Shown: positions 44,616 through 52,791 of the stretch, in pieces
Numbering within the stretch: the first letter of the stretch is position 1
How the letters are laid out: each line of letters opens with the position of its first letter
Assembly: GCA_002171615.1 (NCBI GenBank)
Contig: NHEF01000014.1
Location: forward strand, 16,974 to 80,973
Direction of reading: 5' to 3'
Length of the DNA stretch: 64,000 bases
Source: Gammaproteobacteria bacterium TMED78
GTDB lineage: Bacteria > Pseudomonadota > Gammaproteobacteria > Steroidobacterales > Rariloculaceae
Translations under genes and position numbers: made by a program
Notes under the pieces: model-generated
The model's database searches: none
Seen by the model: the letters and a program-made list of their open reading frames with translations, nothing else
Told to the model about the DNA's origin: nothing

Positions 44616-45395
44616 ATGAAATGGTCTGGTAAAGTTTTTGGAGGAATTTTTGGTTATTTGATTGCTGGACCAATTGGTTCAGTATTTGGTTTTTTTCTAG
44701 GCCATCAATTTGATAAAGGGCCCTATAGGCTAAATATAAATAGTTTTAATACTTCAAAAATTAGCTATATTTTTTTTAAAAGAACTTTCAATTTGATGGG
44801 GTATATTGCCAAATCAGATGGGTATATTTCTGAAAAAGAGATAAATGTAGCTAGGCGTGTTATGCATAGAATGTCCTTAACGCCTATTCAAGTTGAACAA
44901 GCAATTCAATTTTATACAGAAGGTAAAGATCAAAGCTTTATTTGGAAAGAAGCTATTGAATCTCTTTATCAAGAGCTAAGTAGGCATCCTGATCTAATTC
45001 GAGCGTTTGTTGAAACACAGATGCAAGCAGCTTATTTATCTGAAGATTTTGGATCTAAAAAAAGAGAGTTAATATGGCAGATCGCTAGAACTCTAATGAT
45101 GAGTAAGGCAGAGTTTGCTCAGATAGAGGCTCTAATCTATTCTCACAATTTTAGCGACGAGATTAAAAATAATTCAAAAAAACAGCTAGATACAGCATAT
45201 AAGATTTTAGGATTAAGCTTAAATGCTACAAATAAAGATATAAAATTAGCCTATAGACGCTTAATGAATCAGCATCATCCTGATAAACTAGTAGCTAGAG
45301 GCCTTCCTAAGTCTATGATCCGAGAAGCAGAAGAAAAAACTCAGGAAATTAGATCAGCTTACGAAAAGATAAAAAAAAATAGAATGTTTAAATAA
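44616..45395 (+). CDS. djlA: Membrane-anchored DnaJ-like co-chaperone DjlA
   Basis: ATG at 44616 (MKWSGKVFGGIFGYLIAGP...), TerB-like middle, C-terminal J domain (YKILGLS ... HHPDKLVARGLP). The ORF-track TTG at 44604 is less likely. Confidence 0.92.
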   Translation: MKWSGKVFGGIFGYLIAGPIGSVFGFFLGHQFDKGPYRLNINSFNTSKISYIFFKRTFNLMGYIAKSDGYISEKEINVARRVMHRMSLTPIQVEQAIQFYTEGKDQSFIWKEAIESLYQELSRHPDLIRAFVETQMQAAYLSEDFGSKKRELIWQIARTLMMSKAEFAQIEALIYSHNFSDEIKNNSKKQLDTAYKILGLSLNATNKDIKLAYRRLMNQHHPDKLVARGLPKSMIREAEEKTQEIRSAYEKIKKNRMFK

Positions 45396-45397
45396 TT

Positions 45398-46033
45398 TTA
45401 TATTATATATGATATTTTTCTTAAGGCTTCACCACCAAAGGACATTAGCTTAGAAACTAAAAATGGCATTTTAGATCCGCCCATTTCTCTCGCATCAGAG
45501 CCATGAGCTTCTTCATCTTCTTCCATTTTTCTTAGAACAGCTTTACTTCTTGAGTCATCCTTAGGCATTCTCTCTAAGTGATTTTTAATATGATTACCGA
45601 CTTGTTCTTCTGTTTCTGCTATAAAGCCTAAACTAAATTTATCGCTATTCATTCCTACAATTAATCCTATAGAGAAACTTCCAAGGTACCAAAAGGGATT
45701 AAAAATACTTTCTGAGCCATTTAACTCTTCTATTCTTTTTGCACACCATGCCAAATGATCTTTTTCTTCATTAGCAGCCTCTTCAAGATGAGATTTAGTT
45801 TCTTCAGATCTGGAGAATAACATTTGCCCATTGTAAAGAGCCTGCGCGGCAATTTCCCCAGAATGATTAACTCTCATTAAACAGCGACTTTTTTTTAAAC
45901 TTTCTTTATCTAGGTTCAGATTTGGAATATTTTCTGCTGGATAAGGCCTAGTACTATCTTTGGTATTAAGGAGGGTATCTAAGGCCTTATCTATAGCAAA
46001 TACAACTTTATCTTCTAGATCAAATAATCTCAT
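45398..46033 (-). CDS. coq7: Demethoxyubiquinone hydroxylase (di-iron Coq7 family)
   Basis: 211 aa, MRVNHSGEIAAQALYNGQ and EEKDHLAWC ... EEEAHG di-iron ligand motifs. Confidence 0.9.
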   Translation of the reverse strand: MRLFDLEDKVVFAIDKALDTLLNTKDSTRPYPAENIPNLNLDKESLKKSRCLMRVNHSGEIAAQALYNGQMLFSRSEETKSHLEEAANEEKDHLAWCAKRIEELNGSESIFNPFWYLGSFSIGLIVGMNSDKFSLGFIAETEEQVGNHIKNHLERMPKDDSRSKAVLRKMEEDEEAHGSDAREMGGSKMPFLVSKLMSFGGEALRKISYII

Positions 46034-46080
46034 TGACTATATTATAACTAAAAATTGATGTATTAATCTTAATTATTTTC

Positions 46081-46109
46081 TTGCAAGGCTAGTACTAGAC
46101 TAGTAGTAT
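46081..46109 (+). promoter_or_regulatory. Candidate sigma70 promoter of rplM-rpsI
   Basis: TTGCAA (46081-46086), 17 nt, TAGTAT (46104-46109), about 35 nt upstream of the rplM ATG. Motif match only. Confidence 0.4.
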
Positions 46110-46144
46110 TTCGTCTCTTTATTATTCTATTATTATTTATCGCT

Positions 46145-46573
46145 ATGAAGACATTTTCGGCTAAACCGCAAGAAGTTAGGAAAGATTGGTTTTTAGTAGA
46201 TGCACAGGGCAAAACTCTTGGGCGCTTATCTACGGCTATTGCACATAGATTACGCGGAAAGCACAAGCCAGAATATACACCCCATGTTGATACTGGTGAT
46301 TATATAGTTGTTATTAACGCCGAGAAAATATCTGTAAGTGGTAATAAATTGAAGAATAAATTATATCATAGGCATACAGGATACGTTGGCAATCTTAAGA
46401 CTGAGTCTTTGGAGAAACTTCTTAAGCGCTCTCCTGAGACAGTTCTTGAGTCAGCTGTTAAAGGCATGCTTCCAAAAAATACCTTAGGAAGGGAGATGTT
46501 TAAAAAGCTCAAAGTAGTTATAGGAAAAGACCATCCTTATGTTTCGCAACAACCAATTTCTTTGGATATCTGA
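46145..46573 (+). CDS. rplM: 50S ribosomal protein L13
   Basis: 142 aa, [28 protein letters not shown]. Confidence 0.98.
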   Translation: MKTFSAKPQEVRKDWFLVDAQGKTLGRLSTAIAHRLRGKHKPEYTPHVDTGDYIVVINAEKISVSGNKLKNKLYHRHTGYVGNLKTESLEKLLKRSPETVLESAVKGMLPKNTLGREMFKKLKVVIGKDHPYVSQQPISLDI

Positions 46574-46576
46574 GTT

Positions 46577-46969
46577 ATGGCTGAGAATTATTATTATGGT
46601 ACTGGTAGACGCAAAACTTCTGTCGCAAGAGTTATCTTAAAGCCTGGTGTGGGTAAAATTATTATTAATGGAAGCCCACTAGATCGTTACTTTTCAAGAG
46701 AAACAGCAAGGATGATTCTAAAGCAGCCTTTGCATTTAACTCAGCTAGATAATAAGTTTGATATTAACGTAAGAGTCTTAGGGGGAGGAACTACTGGTCA
46801 GGCAGGAGCTATAAGGCACGGTATTACAAGGGCTCTTATGGTTTACGATGAGTCATTAAGACAACCTTTGCGTAAAGCTGGTTTTGTAACAAGAGATGCA
46901 AGAGAGGTTGAGAGAAAGAAGGTTGGTTTAAGGAAAGCTAGAAAAGCGACACAGTTTTCTAAGAGATAA
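46577..46969 (+). CDS. rpsI: 30S ribosomal protein S9
   Basis: 130 aa, [14 protein letters not shown] ... QFSKR. Confidence 0.98.
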   Translation: MAENYYYGTGRRKTSVARVILKPGVGKIIINGSPLDRYFSRETARMILKQPLHLTQLDNKFDINVRVLGGGTTGQAGAIRHGITRALMVYDESLRQPLRKAGFVTRDAREVERKKVGLRKARKATQFSKR

Positions 46970-46972
46970 ATC

Positions 46973-47632
46973 TTATTTGTTTAAAATTTTTACTTTTTCT
47001 TCATCAGCAATAATAAGCATATCCGCAGTTCTATTTGCAAATAGCCCAACTGTGACTACCCCTGGTATTTGATTTATTTTATTCTCTAGCTCTTTTGGGC
47101 TATTAATTTCTAAGTTATATATATCCAGAATCTCATTTCCATTATCTGTTACAAAATTTTCCCTCCAGATAGGTTGTCCTCCTAATATTACTATTTTTCG
47201 TGCAATAAATGATCTAGCCATTGGGATGACTTCAATAGGAAGAGGAAATTTTCCTAATTTTGTAACTATTTTTGATTTATCAATAATGCATATAAATTTT
47301 TTTGAAGCTTGGGCAATAATTTTTTCTCTTGTTAGAGCGCCTCCACCACCTTTAATAAGCTCCAAATAATTATTAGCTTCATCCGCACCATCTATATAGA
47401 GATCTATGTCTCCAGCAAAGTTTAAATCACATACTTCTAAACCAACCCTTTCCAATTTTTTTGAAGAGCTAGTTGAGCTTGAAACTATTTTGGTAAATCT
47501 TTTGTTTGAGGAAGGGAGTGCCTCAATTAGGAAATCAACCGTACTGCCAGTGCCAATACCTAAGCTAGAACCATCTTGGATATAATTAATGGCCTCTAAA
47601 GCAGCCCTTTTTTTCATTTTATCTTTATTCAT
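46973..47632 (-). CDS. rpiA: Ribose-5-phosphate isomerase A
   Basis: 219 aa, LGIGTGST ... DGADE ... [11 protein letters not shown] motifs. Confidence 0.95.
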   Translation of the reverse strand: MNKDKMKKRAALEAINYIQDGSSLGIGTGSTVDFLIEALPSSNKRFTKIVSSSTSSSKKLERVGLEVCDLNFAGDIDLYIDGADEANNYLELIKGGGGALTREKIIAQASKKFICIIDKSKIVTKLGKFPLPIEVIPMARSFIARKIVILGGQPIWRENFVTDNGNEILDIYNLEINSPKELENKINQIPGVVTVGLFANRTADMLIIADEEKVKILNK

Positions 47633-47650
47633 TTCTTAATTAATAGTATT

Positions 47651-47679
47651 AAAAAAAAGTGCCCGCACATGGCGGGCAC
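47651..47679 (-). terminator. Rho-independent terminator downstream of the Lys/Ala-rich gene
   Basis: On the minus strand, GTGCCCGC-CATGT-GCGGGCAC (perfect 8-bp GC-rich stem, plus-strand 47659-47679) is followed by T8 (plus-strand A-run 47651-47658). It is the only strong intrinsic terminator I can see in the window. Confidence 0.85.
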
Positions 47680-47706
47680 TTAATCTAGTTAGCCAAAAGA
47701 GATAAA

Positions 47707-47934
47707 TTACTTCCTTCTAGCCTTCTTCTTGGCTACTTTCTTTTTAGCTACTTTCTTTTTAGCCTTCTTCTTGGCTACTTTCTTTTTAGCCTTCTTCTTG
47801 GCTACTTTCTTTTTAGCTACTTTCTTTTTAGCCTTCTTCTTGGCTACTTTCTTTTTAGCTACTTTACGCTTTACTGCTTTGCGCTTTATTGAAGCCTTTT
47901 TCTTAGCAGCTTTTTTCCTTGTTTTTTTTGCCAT
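47707..47934 (-). CDS. Highly basic Lys/Ala-repeat protein, histone-H1-like (candidate nucleoid-associated protein)
   Basis: 75 aa, MAKKTRKKAAKKKASIKRKAVKRK then (VAKKK / VAKKKAKKK) repeats. GGAG Shine-Dalgarno 7-8 nt upstream of the ATG and a strong terminator downstream. The mirror ORF on the plus strand is an artefact. Confidence 0.8.
   Translation of the reverse strand: MAKKTRKKAAKKKASIKRKAVKRKVAKKKVAKKKAKKKVAKKKVAKKKAKKKVAKKKAKKKVAKKKVAKKKARRK
47719..47866 (-). repeat. Perfect in-frame tandem DNA repeats (15-nt VAKKK and 27-nt VAKKKAKKK units) inside the Lys/Ala-rich gene
   Basis: GCTACTTTCTTTTTA and GCCTTCTTCTTGGCTACTTTCTTTTTA units recur with no visible substitutions on the plus strand. 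Confidence 0.9.
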
Positions 47935-48166
47935 TAGTAGATCTCCATAGTGGGATTAACCGCGATTGAGTATAAACAAAAGTTATATTTTTTTGCAATA
48001 AAATTGTTACAAGTATTTATTTAAAAAAAAAATAATTAATTAACATTTAAAATAAAAACATTGTGCTATTTATTTTTCAACATTTTTTTCTAATATTTTC
48101 TTTTTATTGGATCAATTTATAAAAAAACGGATAAAAAAAAGATATTATCAAATTCATTTTTCTATT

Positions 48167-48194
48167 AATTTTTAATTTTCAATTTTTAATTTTC
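48167..48194. repeat. Perfect 14-bp tandem duplication AATTTTTAATTTTC x2 within an A/T-tract-rich intergenic region
   Basis: Copies at 48167-48180 and 48181-48194. The surrounding 47935-48222 region is almost pure A/T with many A5-A10 runs. Confidence 0.9.
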
Positions 48195-48222
48195 TTCTAT
48201 TTTTTTTATTTATAAAAACTTT

Positions 48223-48801
48223 TTACTTAAAGTTATATACATTTGTTTCTGTAACTATTTTAAAAAGATTTATATCCCAAGCATCTTTTTTAGCTAGATA
48301 GATTTGTTGTTTTTCTAGACCTACACCTAAAAGCTTAGGTTTAAACCATTTGTATCTTAATCTCAAGAAGTGAAAGTATTTATCATAGTAACCACCCCCC
48401 ATCCCAAGCCTAGTCCCAGTTTTATCGAATCCTAGTAACGGCGTTATTACTAAATCTAACCTTCTAGGGTCGATTATTTTTCCACTTATAGGCTCCATAA
48501 TTCCATATAAGTTCGAAGTTAATTTCGTTTTTTTATTAATCGAAACAAATACCATTTCTTTTTTATTATTTATTTTAGGAACAAAAATTTTTTTTCTTCT
48601 TAATATAGCATCAGTAAAAATTTTTGATGTAGAAATTTCATTTTCGTTTGCTATATAGATAGCCAAGAATTTTGATCTTGTATAGCAAGGAAGTTTTATA
48701 ATTTTTTTGAAAATATTTACTTCATATCTTTTTTTATCGCATTTAGACTCTTTTTTGCGCAAATTTTTGAGACTTTTTCTTAACTTTTTCTTAGATTCCA
48801 T
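48223..48801 (-). CDS. ygfA: 5-formyltetrahydrofolate cyclo-ligase
   Basis: The ATG at 48801 gives MESKKKLRKSL. The motif block LVITPLLGFDKTGTRLGMGGGYYDKY is typical of the family. The ORF-track TTG at 48834 would run into the predicted 6S RNA. zapA-ssrS-ygfA synteny as in E. coli. Confidence 0.88.
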   Translation of the reverse strand: MESKKKLRKSLKNLRKKESKCDKKRYEVNIFKKIIKLPCYTRSKFLAIYIANENEISTSKIFTDAILRRKKIFVPKINNKKEMVFVSINKKTKLTSNLYGIMEPISGKIIDPRRLDLVITPLLGFDKTGTRLGMGGGYYDKYFHFLRLRYKWFKPKLLGVGLEKQQIYLAKKDAWDINLFKIVTETNVYNFK

Positions 48802-48819
48802 AAGATAACCAATATAAAA

Positions 48820-49018
48820 CGATGCTCCCCGCAAAAGCCGTTGTGATTTTATGCTCTCAGGCCTGAGCAGAAGGTGGGATAAGTCGTGATAGTTTAAGGC
48901 TACCTATTTTAGAATAGGCATGCTCATGACTAATTCACAGAACATAATCCCAATATTTAAACTTAAGGGCCGAGAGACTGTATCAACCAACATCGTACAA
49001 TGCAGGGGCACCAGAAAT
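48820..49018 (-). ncRNA. ssrS: 6S RNA (SsrS); ends approximate
   Basis: The minus strand reads AUUUCUGGUGCCCCUGC ... GAGCAUGCCUAUUCUAAAAUAGGUAGCCUUAAACUAUCACGAC ... GCGGGGAGCAUCG. The 5' AUUUCU and the GAGCAUGC-hairpin-AGCCUUAAA-CGAC core parallel E. coli 6S as I recall it. The 5' and 3' ends pair (UGCCCCUGC with GCGGGGAGCA). It is a relatively GC-rich island in the exact zapA/ygfA slot. Confidence 0.8.
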
Positions 49019-49021
49019 AAA

Positions 49022-49336
49022 TTAAATACTAAGTTGCTTGTTAGTAGTTAGAGCGTTATCTAAAGATTTAGACATAGAATCAATTCCTTTTTCTACAATA
49101 TTGTTTAACTTTCTTTGCTCATCGCTCTTTTTAATTAACTCATTGGCTAAATTTAATGCAGCCATTACTGCAACTCTATCTAAACCAACAACTTTGCCAC
49201 TATCTCTTATTTCTTTCATCTTATTATTTATAAGCTCTGCTGATGCTAGAAGATCAGATTTTTCTTCTTTTGGACAGGAAACTTTATATTCCTTCTCTAG
49301 AATTCTGATACTTACTTGCTCGGGAAAATTATTCAT
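49022..49336 (-). CDS. zapA: Cell division protein ZapA
   Basis: 104 aa. VSIRILEKEYKVSCPKEEKSDLLASAELINNKMKEI ... VAVMAALNLANEL is collinear with ZapA. Conserved neighbour of ssrS. Confidence 0.9.
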   Translation of the reverse strand: MNNFPEQVSIRILEKEYKVSCPKEEKSDLLASAELINNKMKEIRDSGKVVGLDRVAVMAALNLANELIKKSDEQRKLNNIVEKGIDSMSKSLDNALTTNKQLSI

Positions 49337-49602
49337 TAGGCTTGCTCCATTGCTTTAAGTCTAGATATCATTGCTTCAACTCTAACTCTTACTTGGTCAT
49401 TTTTTTGCAACAAATTAGCCCTATCTTCAATCAATTTATTTTGCTGTTGTTTTAAAGAAAGGTTTTCTTCTTTTAGTTTGTCGCAAACAGCAAGCAATTC
49501 ATCTAGCTTTTTACCTACATCCTTAAGTTTTAGATCCATATTTTGGTTGTTATTATTGCTTTCCATATTCAAACTATAGAGCTCAAGTACTCTTATGGTC
49601 AA
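49336..49602 (-). CDS. Short coiled-coil protein, ZapB-like, translationally coupled to zapA (start uncertain)
   Basis: 88-aa ORF. The C-terminal about 65 aa is heptad-rich (LKEENLSLKQQQNKLIEDRANLLQKNDQVRVRVEAMISRLKAME). Its stop overlaps the zapA start (TAATG). Internal Mets at 49566 and 49539 are plausible true starts. Confidence 0.6.
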   Translation of the reverse strand: MTIRVLELYSLNMESNNNNQNMDLKLKDVGKKLDELLAVCDKLKEENLSLKQQQNKLIEDRANLLQKNDQVRVRVEAMISRLKAMEQA

Positions 49603-49646
49603 TAGGCTTTTACTATTATTTATTAATTAGGAATAATTTTTTAGCG

Positions 49647-50195
49647 ATGAAAGATACTAAAATTAATTTTAAATCAATTAAAGACGCTTTAAATCTTTAT
49701 GAAATTTCTGTTTCACCCTCAGAACTTCATGGGTTTTTATGTGGAATTATGACTTCAGGCGCAAGATTATCATCTGATAAATCTTTAATTGCCTCCTTTC
49801 TTGGTTCAAAAAAGATAGGAAAGAAAGATCCTGAAGAAATGTTTATTTTTCTTGAGAAAAAGCTTCTAGCTATTTTTTATAGTGATGAAATGAGTTTTGA
49901 GCCCATAATATCCCCAGAAGAAGTATCTTTTATGATAAGGACAGATGATCTTTCTTTGTGGTGTAGCTCTTATCTTTATGGCTTAGGTATTGGCGGAATT
50001 GAACTTAATAGCGCTGAAAATATACTAAATTCAAATACTGAAGAAATAGTCAATGATTTAGTTGAGATTAGTAAGGCATGCATAGGGGAGAATGAAAAAC
50101 TTGATAATAGGGAAGTTGGCTTTAGCTTCCAGGAAGTTTTTGAATATGTCAGAGTTTCCGTTCAAGTATTATTTGAGAGTTTTAATAAAAATTAA
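49647..50195 (+). CDS. ygfB: UPF0149 family protein YgfB
   Basis: 182 aa. SPSELHGFLCGIM, WCSSYLYGLGIGG and FEYVRVSVQVLFE blocks are collinear with E. coli YgfB. Conserved ygfB-pepP-ubiH-ubiI order. Confidence 0.88.
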   Translation: MKDTKINFKSIKDALNLYEISVSPSELHGFLCGIMTSGARLSSDKSLIASFLGSKKIGKKDPEEMFIFLEKKLLAIFYSDEMSFEPIISPEEVSFMIRTDDLSLWCSSYLYGLGIGGIELNSAENILNSNTEEIVNDLVEISKACIGENEKLDNREVGFSFQEVFEYVRVSVQVLFESFNKN

Positions 50196-50234
50196 TTTTT
50201 CACCCTAATCAATTTTTATATTATAAAATATGTT

Positions 50235-51542
50235 ATGGATAAAAAAGAATTTTTAGGCCGAAGAAAAAGTTTGATGGATATTATTGGTAAGGGGGGTTTA
50301 GCAATATTATCTGCTGCTCCTGAAAAAGTAAGAAGTAGGGACACTTTTTATGATTACAGACAAGATAGTGATTTTTACTATTTAACTGGGTTTGAAGAGC
50401 CTGACTCTGTAGCGGTTCTAATACCAGATAGACTAGAAGGCGAATTTATTCTTTTTTGTCGAGAGAAAGATCAGCTCAAGGAAGTCTGGGATGGCGCAAG
50501 AGAGGGTAATGAGGGGGCAGTAAGAAACTTTGGTGCTGATGACTCTTTTCCTATTTCAGATATAGCTGATATTTTACCTGGGCTTATAGAGCAGAGTGAG
50601 CGTGTCTATTTTTCTATGGGCGATCAGAAGGATTTTGATCAAAATTTAATGGGCTGGATACATGACTTACATTCAGGTAGGCATGGCCATAGAGGCCCAA
50701 CAGAAATTATAGATTTAGGACATGTTTTGCACGAAATGCGCCTCTTTAAGAGCAAGAAAGAAATAAACTTGATGAAAAAGTCTGCAAAGATAGCACTGGA
50801 CGCACATTCAAAGGCGATGAGTATTTGTAAGCCAGGACTTTTCGAGTATGAGATAGAAGCTGAGTTTTTAAGAGAGTTTAAAAGGAGAGGAGCAGACTGC
50901 TCATATCCTCCTATAGTAGCTTCTGGAAATAATGCATGCGTTCTTCACTATACTGATAATTCTTCTGTTTTAAATGACGGCGATTTAATTTTAATTGATG
51001 CAGGATGTGAGTATCAATTTTATGCTTCTGATATAACAAGAACATTTCCAATTAATGGAATTTTTTCTGAACCACAAAGGGAGATCTACGAAATTGTCTA
51101 TTCAGCTAATCAGGAGGCTATTAAAAAAGTAAAGGCTGGCAATCATTGGGACGACCCTCATAATATTGCTGTAAAAGAAATAACTAAAGGCCTAAAGTCT
51201 TTAGGTATTATAAGTGGTAGCTTGAAATCTTTAATTAAAGAGAAAGCTTATCATCAATTTTTTATGCATAAGACGGGTCACTGGTTAGGAATTGATGTAC
51301 ATGATGTAGGAGACTACAAGGTAGCTGATAAGTGGAGATTGCTTGAGCCTGGAATGGTAACAACGGTTGAGCCAGGTATTTATATATCCAATAGCTCTAA
51401 AGGCGTTAAGAAACACTGGAAAGGCATTGGCATAAGAATAGAGGATGATGTTTGTGTTACCAAGAATGCGAATATTGTATTTTCTCAATCTCTTCCATCA
51501 CAAGCTGAAGATATTGAAAACTTTATGAGATCCTTTCATTGA
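50235..51542 (+). CDS. pepP: Xaa-Pro aminopeptidase
   Basis: 435 aa. N-terminal AMP_N domain (YRQDSDFYYLTGF) and pita-bread metal ligands (LIDAGCEY..YASDITRT, HKTGHWLGIDVHD, VEPGIY, IRIEDD). Confidence 0.95.
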   Translation: MDKKEFLGRRKSLMDIIGKGGLAILSAAPEKVRSRDTFYDYRQDSDFYYLTGFEEPDSVAVLIPDRLEGEFILFCREKDQLKEVWDGAREGNEGAVRNFGADDSFPISDIADILPGLIEQSERVYFSMGDQKDFDQNLMGWIHDLHSGRHGHRGPTEIIDLGHVLHEMRLFKSKKEINLMKKSAKIALDAHSKAMSICKPGLFEYEIEAEFLREFKRRGADCSYPPIVASGNNACVLHYTDNSSVLNDGDLILIDAGCEYQFYASDITRTFPINGIFSEPQREIYEIVYSANQEAIKKVKAGNHWDDPHNIAVKEITKGLKSLGIISGSLKSLIKEKAYHQFFMHKTGHWLGIDVHDVGDYKVADKWRLLEPGMVTTVEPGIYISNSSKGVKKHWKGIGIRIEDDVCVTKNANIVFSQSLPSQAEDIENFMRSFH

Positions 51543-52780
51543 AAAATAAATTTGATTGCGATGTAGTTATTGTAGGTGGAGGGCTAGTAGGATCTACTTT
51601 AGCGTATACGCTTAGTAAGTTATCTTTAAAAATTATTCTTATTGAAAATGCTGATCCTGAGAATCTAGAGCAACCCGGTTTTGATAGCCGCTCAACAGCA
51701 ATATCTAAAGGAAGTCAGAAAATTTTATCTGGCATTGGTATTTGGGAAGCAATAGAAGATAAAACTGAGTCAATTAATTCAATACATATATCTGAACAAA
51801 AACATTTTGGTATTTCTAGGATTTTATCATCTGAAGAGGGAGTGGGTGCTTTGGGATATACAGTAGAAAGTAGATTTCTAGGAAAAACTCTTTGGGATAA
51901 AATTAAACAAGTTGATAATGTGAATTTTTTTGCGCCAGCAAGCCTAATTGATGCTAGTTTTAATAATAATTATGCTGAAGTTTCTATAAAATCTAAAGAT
52001 TATAAGAAAGTACTTAAGACGAAAGTAGTTATAGCTGCGGATGGAGTTAATTCTAGAGTTAGAGAAATATTAAAAATTGATTATAAGAAGGATTTTTATT
52101 CACAAAGAGCGATTGTCGCTAATTGTAGAACCGAGTTACCTCATTGTGGCCAAGCTTTTGAGAGATTTTCTCCAAGTGGCCCCTTAGCTATGTTGCCTCT
52201 TAGTGATGAGAGAGTTGGTATTGTCTGGACTCTTCCTGAGAAAAAGGCGGAAGAGTTTTTAAATCTAGAAGATCAATTTTTTATAAGTAAATTGCAAGAG
52301 AGTTTTGGACGGCGTCTAGGTGAAATTAAAAAAATAGGAAAGCGTTTTTCTTACCCGTTATTTCGAATGAGGTCATCAAAGATTATCGATAAGAGGTCAG
52401 TTATTATTGGAAGTGCTGCTGTTCATCTTCACCCAGTTGCAGCTCAAGGCTTTAATTTAGCACTTAGAGATATTGCTTCTTTAGCAGAGATTTTTAGTGA
52501 AAGTAAAAATAATGATATTGGATCAGAAATAGTTTTAAATTATTATCAAAGATGGAGAAAAAACGATCAGTCTAAAGTATCCTTTCTGACGCATAGCTTG
52601 ATAAAAATATTTGGTCTTGAGTCAAGGATATTAAGCTTTATGAGGGGAATTTCTTTAATTGGGTTTGACATTCTTCCTGGTACAAAAAAAATTTTTTCTA
52701 GGCACATGATGGGATTATCTGGGAAGATGAGTAGACTAGCTAGAGGGCTACCATTAGTTGACGATAATAATAAATTATAA
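51539..52780 (+). CDS. ubiH: FAD-dependent ubiquinone biosynthesis hydroxylase, UbiH-like
   Basis: 413 aa. TTG start overlapping the pepP stop (TTGA). DVVIVGGGLVGSTLA dinucleotide fold, AADGVNSRVR, GSAAVHLHPVAAQGFNLALRD. Confidence 0.85.
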   Translation: MKNKFDCDVVIVGGGLVGSTLAYTLSKLSLKIILIENADPENLEQPGFDSRSTAISKGSQKILSGIGIWEAIEDKTESINSIHISEQKHFGISRILSSEEGVGALGYTVESRFLGKTLWDKIKQVDNVNFFAPASLIDASFNNNYAEVSIKSKDYKKVLKTKVVIAADGVNSRVREILKIDYKKDFYSQRAIVANCRTELPHCGQAFERFSPSGPLAMLPLSDERVGIVWTLPEKKAEEFLNLEDQFFISKLQESFGRRLGEIKKIGKRFSYPLFRMRSSKIIDKRSVIIGSAAVHLHPVAAQGFNLALRDIASLAEIFSESKNNDIGSEIVLNYYQRWRKNDQSKVSFLTHSLIKIFGLESRILSFMRGISLIGFDILPGTKKIFSRHMMGLSGKMSRLARGLPLVDDNNKL

Positions 52781-52791
52781 TATTTTGGCAG

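Noticed and set aside
46087-46103. Three CTAG tetranucleotides within 17 nt (GGCTAGTACTAGACTAG) in the rplM promoter spacer, considered as an operator or repeat.
   Set aside because: It is too short and isolated to separate from chance, and I found no matching motif elsewhere in the window.
47719-47866. Regular short direct repeats that might superficially suggest a CRISPR-like array.
   Set aside because: The units are 15-27 nt, contiguous with no spacers, in frame and within a coding sequence. They are a coding tandem repeat, not CRISPR.
47729-47950. 73-aa Phe/Leu/Ala-rich ORF on the plus strand (MATFFLATFFLAFFLA...).
   Set aside because: It is the mirror image of the Lys/Ala-repeat gene. 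The minus-strand gene has the Shine-Dalgarno, the ATG and the downstream terminator. The plus-strand ORF runs out past the minus-strand start codon with no signals of its own.
47935-48222. The AT-rich region considered as a replication origin or DNA-unwinding element.
   Set aside because: I could not find any DnaA-box-like 9-mers (TTATCCACA or its complement), and there is no dnaA/dnaN/gidA context. A curved promoter or UP region is the more economical explanation.
48802-48834. N-terminal extensions implied by the ORF track's most-upstream TTG/GTG starts, for ygfA here and also for rplV (9596), rplX (11972), rpsQ (11249), djlA (44604), gcvT (54285) and lnt (29648).
   Set aside because: In each case a downstream ATG reproduces the conserved family N-terminus, or avoids an overlap with an upstream gene or RNA. 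The extensions add non-conserved residues.
49038-49358. 106-aa plus-strand ORF covering all of zapA.
   Set aside because: The minus-strand product is collinear with ZapA and is translationally coupled to the upstream coiled-coil gene. The plus-strand product has no recognisable features.
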